A DNA stretch of 64,000 nt from assembly GCA_001600695.1 (NCBI GenBank), contig BCKQ01000007.1:574788-638787 (forward strand), given 5' to 3'. Source of the DNA: Ascoidea asiatica JCM 7603 (taxonomy: Eukaryota > Fungi > Ascomycota). A program made the translations under genes and the position numbers. A model generated the notes under the pieces. It was not told the DNA's origin and did no database searches. It worked only from the letters and a program-made list of their open reading frames with translations. The number at the start of each line of letters is the position of its first letter. Position 1 is the first letter of the stretch. Shown here in pieces: positions 34,726 through 46,753 of this stretch.

Positions 34726-37549
34726 TCATCGTTTACCTAAAATCAATGTGTCCATAAAAGGTTCCTCTAATAATATCTCACAATTACTTCTTTTCTTTGG
34801 ATCTATATTAAATATTTTCTTTAAAAAATTTATACCATCTTTTGTAATAATATCTTTACTGGGAAAATTTGGATGATTCAGCATGACTCCAATTTCAAAC
34901 ATTGCTTCTTCAAAATTTAAGTTTGGAAATGGATGAAATCCTGTAATCATTTCAATAATTAAACATCCAACTGACCAAATATCAGAATTCTTGGAATATT
35001 TTAATTCATTTATTACTTCTGGTGCCATCCAATATATTGAACTTTCCATTATTTTTTTCTGAATTCTATTATATTCTTTAATAACTGATTTTATTTCTTT
35101 ATCTTCTTCTTCATCTTTCACTTCTTTATCCTTTGATTTTGTATCATTTCCAATTTTTATTCCGTCTAAAGCTTTTCCTATTTTACTATCACTATAATCA
35201 TCATCTGATATACTTCCATCTCCATTCCAAGTTTCATAATGATAATCGTACTCTATGAAATCATCTTCATTTTCCTCCTTATCAATTGAAGCACTATCAT
35301 CATTTAGTTTATTGAAATTCTTACTTTCTCTCTCATTAAATGTATTGTCTTGATTATTCAATTTTGGAGTTGTCAAACTAGTCGGTGTTAATGTTTTTAT
35401 AATACTATTATCACCAACTTTATTATCTTCTTTATTATCACTATCACTATCACTCGAATTACAAAAATCATCAGATTCTTGACTTTTTTTAGAAACTGTT
35501 TTTAAAATCCCAAAATCAGAAATTTTAACGTATCCGTTGTTATCTATTAAAACATTACCACCTTTGATATCTTTATGAATTATATCCATAGAATGTAAAT
35601 AGTTTAACCCAATTAAAACTTGGGCTGTAAAATTTCTAATCATTGGTTCTTCAAATGGTCCATATTCATTCAACATTGAAGAAATTGATCCACCAGGAAC
35701 ATATTCAAGAAATAAATTTAAAAAATTATAATCTGAATTTTCTTCAAGTTCATAATCATATGTAAATCCAATAAATCTAACAATATTTGCATGATTTAAT
35801 TCTTTTAATTTATTTAATTCATTTTGTAATCTCAAAATTAATTTTTTATTACCATTTTGTTTTTTAATATTTTTTTTAGCTCGCTTATTAGTAATGTCAA
35901 AGTTTATTAGTTTTTTAGATACCTCAAATTGTTTAACTGCCATCAATTCTCCAGTTAATCTATTCATACCAAGATAAACTTGACCTAGTGATCCAATTCC
36001 AATTTTAGTTCCCTTTAACCATTTTTCTGGTCCTAATTTAGTAATTTCTTGCACTAATGACATATCTTTTTGTATTGAAAATTCTTCTTCATCTTCCTTT
36101 TTTTCTTCTTGTTGATCTTGTTGTTGTGGATGACTTTGTTCTTCATCTTCTGTCTCACTACCAAAACTTAAAAAATCATCATCATCCGATATTATTGATT
36201 CACTATTATCAAATTCTACTCCATGATTTTTATCTAAAGAATTATTATTATTATTGCTCACAATATTATTTTCATTGTCTGAATTATTATAAATTACATC
36301 ATTGATAAGATCTTCTTTAAAACTTGTTTTAAAATTTGGACTTATTGATTCATGAATTAAAGAAATTTTACTATTATTTAATAAATTTTTTGGAGATTGA
36401 TTTTGATAATGTATAGAAATTCTTTTATTTGAATTTTTTGTATTTACAGTTAAATTTGAAAAAATTGACATTCTTTTATTATCTTTATCACGATTTGAAA
36501 AAATATTATTCAAGTTAATTGTATTATTATTATTATTGTTATTAGTATTATTATTATTTGTTACATGAGATAAATTTCTTAAATTTGAAAATGATCCAGT
36601 TACAGATGATATTGATAATCCTTTTTTATTTGTATTGCTATTCAATAAAGATTCCTTTATATCATCACTTATATTTAATTCGTTTAAATCAGGTAATTTT
36701 GGAGGCGTATTATTGATATTTGGTGTATTATTTATATTATTATTATTAGTACCATTAATTTCATTATTCAATAATGAAGAAGATGAAGATCCAATATTTG
36801 CATTATGACTATTATAACTATAAAATGAACCCATTGATAATCTAGAAAATGCTTTTGATAATCTAACTGAATTTCGAATAGTATCTCTTAATTCTTTTGG
36901 TTTTGCTTGAGGAAAATATTCAGCTAAATTTATTGAAATTAATTCACTTGGAGGTCTTTGGCCATAAACTTTTAAAAATTCTTTATTAGTATTTGAAGAT
37001 AGTTTTGATGTTAGAGTTGATGAAGAATGTTGTGATAAATGTCTTGAAACTTTTTTTTTCATAATTTTATTATTAAGGGTATCATTTGATGTATTATTAT
37101 TATTATAATTATAATTATTATCATTTATATTATTATTATTATTTATATTATTATTATTCATATTGCTATTACTAACATTATTGATAACTTTTTTATTATT
37201 TGATTTTTTTAACTTATGAGTTGAAGCATCTAAAAAGATTTCAATAATATTATTTTTATTCAACTTTTCAATAGAAGTTGAAACTTTATTTATATTTTCA
37301 TTTACGTTTTCATTTCCATTTTCATTTCCACTTCCATTTCCATTTACATTTACATTTACATTTACATTTACATTTACATTTTCATTTCCATTTTCATTTT
37401 CAGTTTTATATTTCTTTAAATTTGAAATATCTTTTGAATTTATAATTTTTGAAATATCTAAAGGTTTTTCAAAAATTAAAGCATCTTTATATTTATTTTG
37501 TTTTAATTTTGAATTAGTTATAGTTATAGGTTTCTTATTTTCAATTTTA

Positions 37550-37587
<38 letters not shown>

Positions 37588-39087
37588 ATTATTATTATTT
37601 TTATCAGTTTTAATATCAATTAATTGTTTTTTATAAATTTTATTTGAAATTTCAATTGAATTTATATTTGGTAATTCATTTTTTAAGGTTATTATTAATC
37701 TTTCTTTGATTAAAGAATTTTTAACATTTTTACAAAAATTTAATAAATTTTTTAAACTGATTTTTATTGGAATTTGTTCAATATAAAAACTACAATTATT
37801 AGTACTGGTTCTATTACTACTTTTACTATTTGTTTTAGTATAGGAAATATAATAAATATTATAAATAATTTTTGAATTTAAATTATTATTGATGCCTAGT
37901 TTTTTGAATAATTTAGCTAATATTGAAGCAGGTGAATTACAATTTGAAATATCGATTTTTTTAGTTGAACCATCATTGAATATAAAAGTTACAATACTTT
38001 TTATTAAACCTTTACTATTCAATGTTGAAGTAGAACTATTACTATTATTATTCGAAATTTTTGAAATTTTTGATAATTTTGAAAATTTTGAAGAATTTGA
38101 AATGAGGGAGTCATGAGATTGTTTTGTATTTATTAAATTATTTGTGCTTATTGATATCTTACTTTTATTACTTTTATTTGAATTAATACTTTTATTAGTT
38201 TTATCAGATTGATTTGAGTTATTTGAAATATTTGAAATTTTAGATTTATCTGAATGAATTGAATGAATTGAATTATTTGAATTAATTGAAGTATTTGAAT
38301 TTGTTGAATTTAAAGAATTTTTAGAAAAATTTGATAAATTAGAATTTGTTGAAAAATTAGAAATATTTGAATAAGTTGATAAATTTCCAATACTTTTTTT
38401 ATTATTTAAATCCATATTACCATTGTTATTATTTAATATACTATTATAAAGAATTTCATTATCTTTTAAATTATTTAAAAAAGTATTTAGATTTAAATTT
38501 GAATTCAATTTTTTAAATTTTAAAGATTCTATAGAAATTTCAAATTTTATTAAATCACCAACTTTATTAATACCTAATTCTTTTAATAAATTATAGTCTA
38601 ATTGAGTTAATAAATCAAAAGTTATATCATTTTCTTTGAATAATCTATAATATTCTTTACAGTTTATTTCTTCTAACCAAATTTTAATTTGATCATTATT
38701 AATATTGTTTAAATTATTCACATTATTTAAATTTTTGAATTTTAATGAAGATTTATTATTGATTGAATTATTTGATTGATTACTTTTGTTACTTTTATTA
38801 CTATTATTACTTTTATTTGAATTACTGGAATTTCTTAAAAAAGATTTTGAATTTAATGAATTTTTCAAATTATTATTTTTATTTTTCAAATTTATTGAAT
38901 TGTTAGTAAAAGATTTTATTGAAGTTAAGGAAGAATTTCTTTTATTATTAAGGTTATTATTGATATTATTATTTATATTATTATTATTATTATCATCTTT
39001 TAAAGATGAAATTTCTTTTGAATTATGATTATTATATAAAATTGAATTATTTAAACTATCAAAAGATAATTTCCTTAATGCATTCAT
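34726..39087 (-). CDS. STE11: Ste11-family MAP kinase kinase kinase with an atypical catalytic domain
   Basis: SAM domain (WLEEINCKEY...LKELGINKVGD), RA-like domain (TFIFNDGSTKKIDISNC), YGQRPPSELISINLAEYFP, kinase motifs GELMAVKQ, FLEYVPGGS, DFG, YWMAPE, SDIWSVGC. Confidence 0.88.
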
Positions 39088-39893
39088 TGTAGTTATAATG
39101 AGTATTAATAAAAATAAAAGTATTGATATGATATGGATATGAATAAAGATAAATTGAAAAAGAAAGCGAGAGATTTAATAATTTGATAATTTAATGATTA
39201 ACTGATTAATATCGCCATATCATTTCATAACAAATAATTTATGTATTATTGGTCTTTTTGATATATTTCAAAGTATTGAATTGAGTTATAATCAAGAGTA
39301 TTAAAGAAAGAATTATGAATGTTTTATTACTGTAATATATTTAGTGCTTTAAAGCTTTATTTCTTCGATAATATTATCAATTGCAATGGATTGATTAAGT
39401 ATCAGAGTGCTGGCGGTAGAATTGTTTTATTGTTTTATTGTTTATTGTTGATTGTTTATTCAACTGCTGAGTATTAAGTATTAAGTATTAAGTATTAATT
39501 CTGTCTTGATTGTTCAGATGTGCTGAATCGCAGAGTTTGAATCTGATACGGCAGAGAAACGTTCGCTTTGGCGGTGGGAGAAATGTGAGTGTTGAAAAAG
39601 AGTGTTGACGGTAACTGTTACTGCTCGTAGTTACTCGGTGCCTGGCAAGGAACCGGAGAGACGTAGCAGCAGGGTAACAGATCTAAGCAGCAGCGCGCTG
39701 ACGGTACAGGCGCTTTTGTATGCAGCAGATCCGCGATGGTTTCATTACCATACTACTGGTCGAGAAGGAGGTGTGTATCACAGCGCTAAGCTGTGGAGCG
39801 TGCGTCTACTACGAGACCCAAATGTTTGGCTCCATTCATTCATTCATTCAATCATTTCTCATTTACTATTAATTACTAAATATTAGCTATTGA

Positions 39894-40694
39894 TTATTGA
39901 TTATTATTACAGTTATCAATATCAATATCAATATCATTATCATTATCATTGTTGGTTAATATCTTATTGTAAATAGTTTCTTTTGATAATGGAGTTAAGC
40001 GTAAATATGGTTTAATGATTCTAAATTTCGGAAATAATTTACGAGCATTTGTATCATTGACTGAATAATTAATAATAACATCATCTCCAGGAATCCAATT
40101 AATTGGTGTTGAAATATTATAAGAATCTGAAATAATTAAAGAATCTAAAACTCTTAAAATTTCTGCAGTATTTCTACCTGTTGAAGTTGGATAATTTATA
40201 ATTAATCTAATTTTTTTGAAATTATCAATTATAAATAATGATCTTATTGTTAATCTAATTTTAAAATTTGCTTCGGATTTATTATTATCTTCATTATATT
40301 TGAAATTTTTTGAATCTTGATAATCTAACATATTATATAATATTGAAATTTTACCACCTAAATCTGAAATTATTGGAAATTTTAAATCTGAACATGTTAA
40401 TTCATTTATATCTTTAATCCAATTTAAATGATTTTCAATTGAATTTATACTTAAACCTATCAATTTACAATTTCTTTTATTAAATTCATTTTCTAATTTG
40501 GAAAATGCTCCTAATTCTGTTGTACAAACTGGAGTAAAATCATCTGGATGTGAAAAAAATATACACCATTTATTATTAATAAATTCATGAAATCGAATTT
40601 TGCCAATTGTTGTATCACATTCAAAATCTGGAGCAATGGATCCCAATCTTATTACAGGTACTTCATTTTCATTACTTTCATTCATCTCAATCAT
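39894..40694 (-). CDS. PRX1: 1-Cys peroxiredoxin (Prx6 type)
   Basis: FSHPDDFTPVCTTELG, YPTSTGRNTAEILRVLDSL, TPINWIPGDDVI; no obvious mitochondrial presequence. Confidence 0.93.
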   Translation of the reverse strand: MIEMNESNENEVPVIRLGSIAPDFECDTTIGKIRFHEFINNKWCIFFSHPDDFTPVCTTELGAFSKLENEFNKRNCKLIGLSINSIENHLNWIKDINELTCSDLKFPIISDLGGKISILYNMLDYQDSKNFKYNEDNNKSEANFKIRLTIRSLFIIDNFKKIRLIINYPTSTGRNTAEILRVLDSLIISDSYNISTPINWIPGDDVIINYSVNDTNARKLFPKFRIIKPYLRLTPLSKETIYNKILTNNDNDNDIDIDIDNCNNNQ

Positions 40695-41363
40695 TATTAT
40701 CTATCTATTGTAATATTTCCATATACAGTACCATTAATATTATTTAATATACTTTTAATCCATAACTGAATAAATATATCATTATCGAGCAATGCAATCA
40801 GTAGAAATAACCTCAGTGTCTGCGGCGTTATCAGTGAATTACTGACAGTAACAATAATATTTAAACAGGGTCTAACTTAGATCTGGTCACATGCACCATC
40901 GTTATTTTAGTCACGCCACGTGATCTCCCTGATACGTGTCTACTGCCACACACGCTGAACCCTTTAGATTTGCACGCTTTTTCAACTCCAATCTTTAACC
41001 GCCGACACTTTTATTCAATTATCATCAAAAACCACTTTTCAATATTGATATTCATTCGTTATATATTCAATATTTCTTATTTGATAGATATAATCAAATA
41101 ATATAACAATCAATACAATAACAATCAATATAATCATAATCACAGTCATTATCATTCACTATCATATCTTATCACTTTAATTTGATAAATATTCATATTC
41201 ATGATTAAATAATAAAGGTTATAATCAATCCAACTAATTCAACTTATCCAACTATTTTACTCTCATTATTAAAGATTATATATTTATTTATATAAATAAA
41301 TAAACAAACAAACTCATTCATAAGCGCTTATACATAACTATAGATAAATATATTATAATTAAA

Positions 41364-43448
41364 ATGAATAATTCAACTGTAATTCAATTACCTGACTGGT
41401 CAAAAGATTATTTAATAAGCTTAATAAATTTTTCAAAAAGTTTATTATCAACTTTTGAATCTTTACCAGGTGGTTCAATAATTATGAGATATATAAAATC
41501 TTCTTATCAAAATGATCCTTTTAGATCTTTACTTGAAATTTTTTTAATTATATTTAGTTTAAATTATTTTTTATCTTCAAAAATCTCAAAAAATAAAAAT
41601 TTTTATTTAAATTTAAATAAAACTGAAAAAAATTCAATTTTAAAAAATTTTAAACCTTTACCATTAATTAATGATTTAAAACCAGAAGAATTTTATAATT
41701 TGAAAAAAATTCCAATTGTTAATGGTAATAATAATCTTAAATATTTAAATTTAAATTTAAATCCTTATTTAAATGATTATAAAAATCAATATAAAGGTAA
41801 ATTATATAATACAAATAATTTAATCACCAATGAATCAAATAAAACAAAAACTTTTTTAAATAATGTCTTAAATTTAGCTTCAAATGATTTTTTAAATTTA
41901 AGTAATAATAAATTCTCAATTAATGAAGCTTCAAAAGTTATTAGAAACTATGGTGTTGGAGCTTGTGGTCCTCCAAATTTTTATGGTACTTCCGATATTC
42001 AAGTTAATTTAGAAAAAGATTTATCTAAATTTTTTGGTACTGAAAATGCAATAATTTATGGTCAAGATTTTTGTACTGCAGAAAGTATTATACCTGCTTT
42101 TTTAAAAAGAGGTGATATATGTATTGTTGATTCTGGTATAAATTTATCTATTCAAAAAGCAATTATTTTATCAAGATGTAAAGCTTATTGGTTTAATCAT
42201 AATGATTTAAGTCATTTAATTGAAATTTTAGAAAATTTAAAATTTTTAAATATTGGTATTAATGAAAATCCAATTCCAAGAAAATTTATTGTTACTGAAG
42301 GTTTATTTTATAATACTGGTGATTACCCAAATTTACCAAAATTAATTGAAATTAAAAATCATTATAAATATAGATTATTTTTAGATGAAAGTTATTCAAT
42401 TGGTGTACTTGGTAAATCTGGTAAAGGTTTACCTGATTTTTTTAATATTGATAGAAAACAAATTGAAATTACAACTTGTTCAATGGGTAATTCTTTAGCA
42501 TCTTCTGGTGGGTTTTCAATTGGTGAAAATTCAATGATTTTTTATCAAAGAATTGGTTCAAGTGCTGTTTGTTTTTCTGCTTCTTTACCTCCTTATTTAT
42601 CAAAAGTAACTTCATGTTCTTTAAAATTAATTTCTGATTCAATTTCTGAAGAATTAAATTCAAATGGTAAAAAAAAATCATATTTAACAAAATTAAATGA
42701 AATTACAACTTATACTTTCTCAAAATTATTAAAAAATAAAAAAATTTCAAAATATTTCAAAATTACTTCAATCAAAGAAAGTTCAATTATTCATCTAGAA
42801 TTAAATAATAATTTTAAAAATATTTTAGATTTACCTTTATATTATGTTAATGAAAATAATAAAATGGCAAAAACATTAAATGATGAATTAAATTCTTATC
42901 TCAGTCAAGAAGAAGAAGAAGAACAACAACAACAAAATACAAATGAAACTGATAATAAAATTAATAGTGATAATGATAATGATTCTTCAAGCGATTTTAC
43001 TTTAATAGACAATGAAAAATCTGGTGATGATTATGAAAGAGTTGATTATTATTCATCAAATTTCAATAATTCAAAATCCGCTCATTCTACACTAAAAGAA
43101 TTAGACCCAAATTTTATTATAAATCAAAATGAATTAAATTCAAAAGATAATTTAGATATTTATGAGTTATATAATATTGAAAATTTTTTAATCTGTAAAA
43201 TTATTAATCATTTATTAATCAATTATTCAATTTTAATCAATTCTTCAACAAGATCTCTAAAACATGAAATTGTTAAAGTTAATCCACAATTAAAAATTAA
43301 TCTAAGTAGGGAATTGACATTTAAAGAAATTGATAATACTTTAGATTCTTTATCAACTTCAATTAATGAAATTTGTTCAAAATTAAATTCTTTCAATGAT
43401 TTAAAAAAATTGTTTGATACTGATAATGCAGTTAATGATTATAAATGA
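41364..43448 (+). CDS. LCB1: Serine palmitoyltransferase subunit 1
   Basis: RYIKSSYQNDPFRS, YGVGACGPPNFYGT, AFLKRGD, LFLDESYSIGVLG, FSASLP; acidic low-complexity insertion near the C-terminus. Confidence 0.96.
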   Translation: MNNSTVIQLPDWSKDYLISLINFSKSLLSTFESLPGGSIIMRYIKSSYQNDPFRSLLEIFLIIFSLNYFLSSKISKNKNFYLNLNKTEKNSILKNFKPLPLINDLKPEEFYNLKKIPIVNGNNNLKYLNLNLNPYLNDYKNQYKGKLYNTNNLITNESNKTKTFLNNVLNLASNDFLNLSNNKFSINEASKVIRNYGVGACGPPNFYGTSDIQVNLEKDLSKFFGTENAIIYGQDFCTAESIIPAFLKRGDICIVDSGINLSIQKAIILSRCKAYWFNHNDLSHLIEILENLKFLNIGINENPIPRKFIVTEGLFYNTGDYPNLPKLIEIKNHYKYRLFLDESYSIGVLGKSGKGLPDFFNIDRKQIEITTCSMGNSLASSGGFSIGENSMIFYQRIGSSAVCFSASLPPYLSKVTSCSLKLISDSISEELNSNGKKKSYLTKLNEITTYTFSKLLKNKKISKYFKITSIKESSIIHLELNNNFKNILDLPLYYVNENNKMAKTLNDELNSYLSQEEEEEQQQQNTNETDNKINSDNDNDSSSDFTLIDNEKSGDDYERVDYYSSNFNNSKSAHSTLKELDPNFIINQNELNSKDNLDIYELYNIENFLICKIINHLLINYSILINSSTRSLKHEIVKVNPQLKINLSRELTFKEIDNTLDSLSTSINEICSKLNSFNDLKKLFDTDNAVNDYK

Positions 43449-46400
43449 TTCTAAAGATCTATAATCATATCTTTTTTTTATTATTTATAATATTTCTTAA
43501 ATCTCTTCAACTTCTTTTCTCTTCATTTTAAAATCATTTTTAATTTTTTTTTTTCTCTCATTTATTATTTCTTCATTTTTTCTTGAATTTTTGTTTTTAT
43601 ATCTATAATTTTTATCATAATTCTCTTTCTGTTAATTATAACCCTACTTTTACTTTCAATCATGGATCATTTAATTTGATTTTTAATATACTTTTAACTA
43701 ATTTTTAATAAATATTTACTAAATTTTATTTCAATTTTTCTTTTTTTTTTCTTCTTTTTTTATCGTGGTTTAGCTTTTACAGTTTCAAACTCTTTTGGAA
43801 TATTGTACTCTGGATATCTTTTGAGAAACTTTTTAGTATTAATTTATTATTTTTTTAATTTTTCTTTTCATATATAAATTCAAGTAGTGGAATATAGTTT
43901 TTTCAATTTTTATCAGACTTCTTTAATTAATTCAATAATTCATAAATAAGTTTACATTACTTTACACATTCAAAGAACTTACGAATATAATTTAGTACTG
44001 AAATAATTTCATTTTCAATTTCAATGTTAATTTCAATTTCTATCTCGATTTGAGATAAATGTTTTGATTTATTTGAATAAATAATTATAGTTTATTTTAA
44101 TGTACGCATCTTCTCAAAAGTATTTCTTTTTAATTTCATATGAAATTTAACATTTAATTAACCAAATTTCAAAAAGCCCCAGAATTATAATTCCAAATTG
44201 GATTTTTTTTAAATTTTAATTTTTAATGGATTTCAGCTTGCGAAAAAAAAAAGGGAGATTTCAAATTCAAAATTAAAATAAATATATTCACAGGTTGTAA
44301 ATTCAGATACACTTCAATTTGCAGATTAAATGTGCAGATTAATTCACACTCTTTTCAAATTTCTTATCTTATCTGATTTTGAATATATAAGATTCAATCT
44401 CAAAACTGCTTGTCAATATGATCAGCAACTAGTTGATACTGCAAAAAAGTTAATTTCTATTCATCTAAAATTGAATAACTTGTCATTTATAACACCCGTT
44501 AAATTGATTTGAGTTATTTCATCAAAGAAACAGCCTATGAACCATTTTTTTCGACAAAATTAAATTTAATTCTGTTACATCGACCACCATTATCGATTCC
44601 AAAAGTAGAATAAATCTCTCACTTTTAGTTTCTTTTGATTCACATAAAATCCAATAAAATCCAATAAAATCTAATAAACTCAACTCAAACCCAAATTCAA
44701 CATCAACCCATTATAATCTACTGTATAAAATTTCTATTTCACTTTCTTTGAACCAGCTTTTTCTTGGTGTATTAATCCAGCTTTTATTTCAGCTTCTATT
44801 TTACCGACAGTTTCAACTGCTGAGTTTTTTGAATTTTTCAATCAGTTTCGAAGGCGAATTCGGAGCATTCGCAGGCGGAGCACGTTTTTTCCGTGTCGCA
44901 TTTTGGTCCGTGTGCATGGATATCTTATTTTTGATAACCTTAATAACCTGCTGCGGATGAGTACTTCGGAACGGACATTTGTCCGGGTGTGTCTAATTGA
45001 AGGCTTTTTACCAGTTCTGTGGATTGAATAGAACAGCTTCACACTAATTCATTAAATACGCCAATCATTTTATAAACTGCTTGAAAGTAAGCAATTGAAC
45101 TTAATTGCAAGTAAAGCATTAGAATAAAATTAAGGTGGTAGATAAATAGATAGATAGATGATAATCATATTAGTAAATAAAATAATAATGGATAAATATT
45201 ACAAGAAAATGCATAAAAAACGAGATAATGAATAGAGAGAGATACCTTATCTTTCTATTTAACTCACTAAACTGAAATCTGGTGTGAATTTCTTGAAGAA
45301 ATCACGACAATTTTTGCGATTTTCAAACTTATTTTGCATTAGAGGCAGATTTTAAATTAAATATTTCTTTACTTTTCTCATTATTTTCAAAACTAAATGT
45401 TTCAAAAATTTATCAAGTTTAACCCATAATGTTTATTAGATTCCTTTTATCATCGGTTAAAATGAATTCCCATGTTGTTTAAATCACTAAAATATAACAA
45501 AATCTGAAACTTTACAAATTACATACGCCTTCAAGTTTACCATAAATTGATTGTTTTAATAATCACATTATCTGAAAAAAAGTTTATAATTTCAAATGAT
45601 CAAAAAAAGATTAAAAGTATAAATGAAACTCAAATAACAAGTATCTTCAAATTATATTCAACCTTTTTTCAAATTAAAATTCAAACGTGGTTTAATTTTG
45701 ATGATTTAACCACATAATTTGGATTTATTCATCTGCCTATTTTACACATAATGTACTATATGTATGTTAATGGAAGTAAAAATTTAATACAGTACTAATA
45801 ATACTTACTAAATTTCTTTCAAAGCTGCAACACATATTCTTGAATTTTCTTGATATAAAATTTTTTGAATTATATCCAATTTTTATTAAATTTAATCAAT
45901 ATATTCTATTATTCATTATCCATGATCTTTAATTGGAGAATAAAAGGCTTTTCAAAAAATTTGTTACTTCATTATAAATTTTTTTTATCCTATTATATTA
46001 TTGTATAATTATGACAAATAATTACATACTGCAGATTTATTGTTATTTGAGTAAAATATAAAGTGATATTCTTTTAATTTATATGATAACTAGTTTTATG
46101 GCTTGATAAATGAAATCATATTAACTAAACATTCGATCCTTTATTCCCTTTTTTTTTTGTTTTTTTGAAGCAATTAAGGGGAAAATATGATTTTTTTTTA
46201 CAACATAAATGACTTTGAACGAATTTCGGTGTAAATTTAGTGCAAGCTTTGTCATTTGAAAGGAATAAATTCTCAATTCATTAATTAACTAATTTTTTTT
46301 TTATCTGTTTGATTGCTTGGTTGTTCAAGTTTTGATTTTAGTTACTTTATTGAACATTATCTACAATAAAAATCTTTTTAATAAACCAAAAATTTTATTT

Positions 46401-46753
46401 GAAATATGTATACATAACAAAACCTTCCTCTAACTGTATATAGATGAAAAAAAAATTGAATATAAAAAGTTTAAATAAAAACTATGCTTAGAATTAGTAG
46501 AATTAAATAAGTTAGATATTTTTTGATATATAATTATAAGTTAAGCCGATAAATAATAGATAAAGATAAAAAAATAAGCATAATTGTAAAAAATACAAAA
46601 TTATTGAATTGAATAGAAATAAAAACTGAAATTGAAATAGAAATTGAAATTGAAATTAAAATTAAAATTAAAATTGAATTTAAAGTAGAAATTAAAATAG
46701 AAGTTGAAATAGGAATAAAATAAATAGTGTAAATAATTAAAAGAAATAGAATT

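Noticed and set aside
39540-39830. GC-rich block as SRP, RNase P or MRP RNA, or the 94-aa ORF
   Set aside because: No conserved motifs of those RNAs were recognised and the ORF starts at GTG. Its position fits the STE11 promoter.
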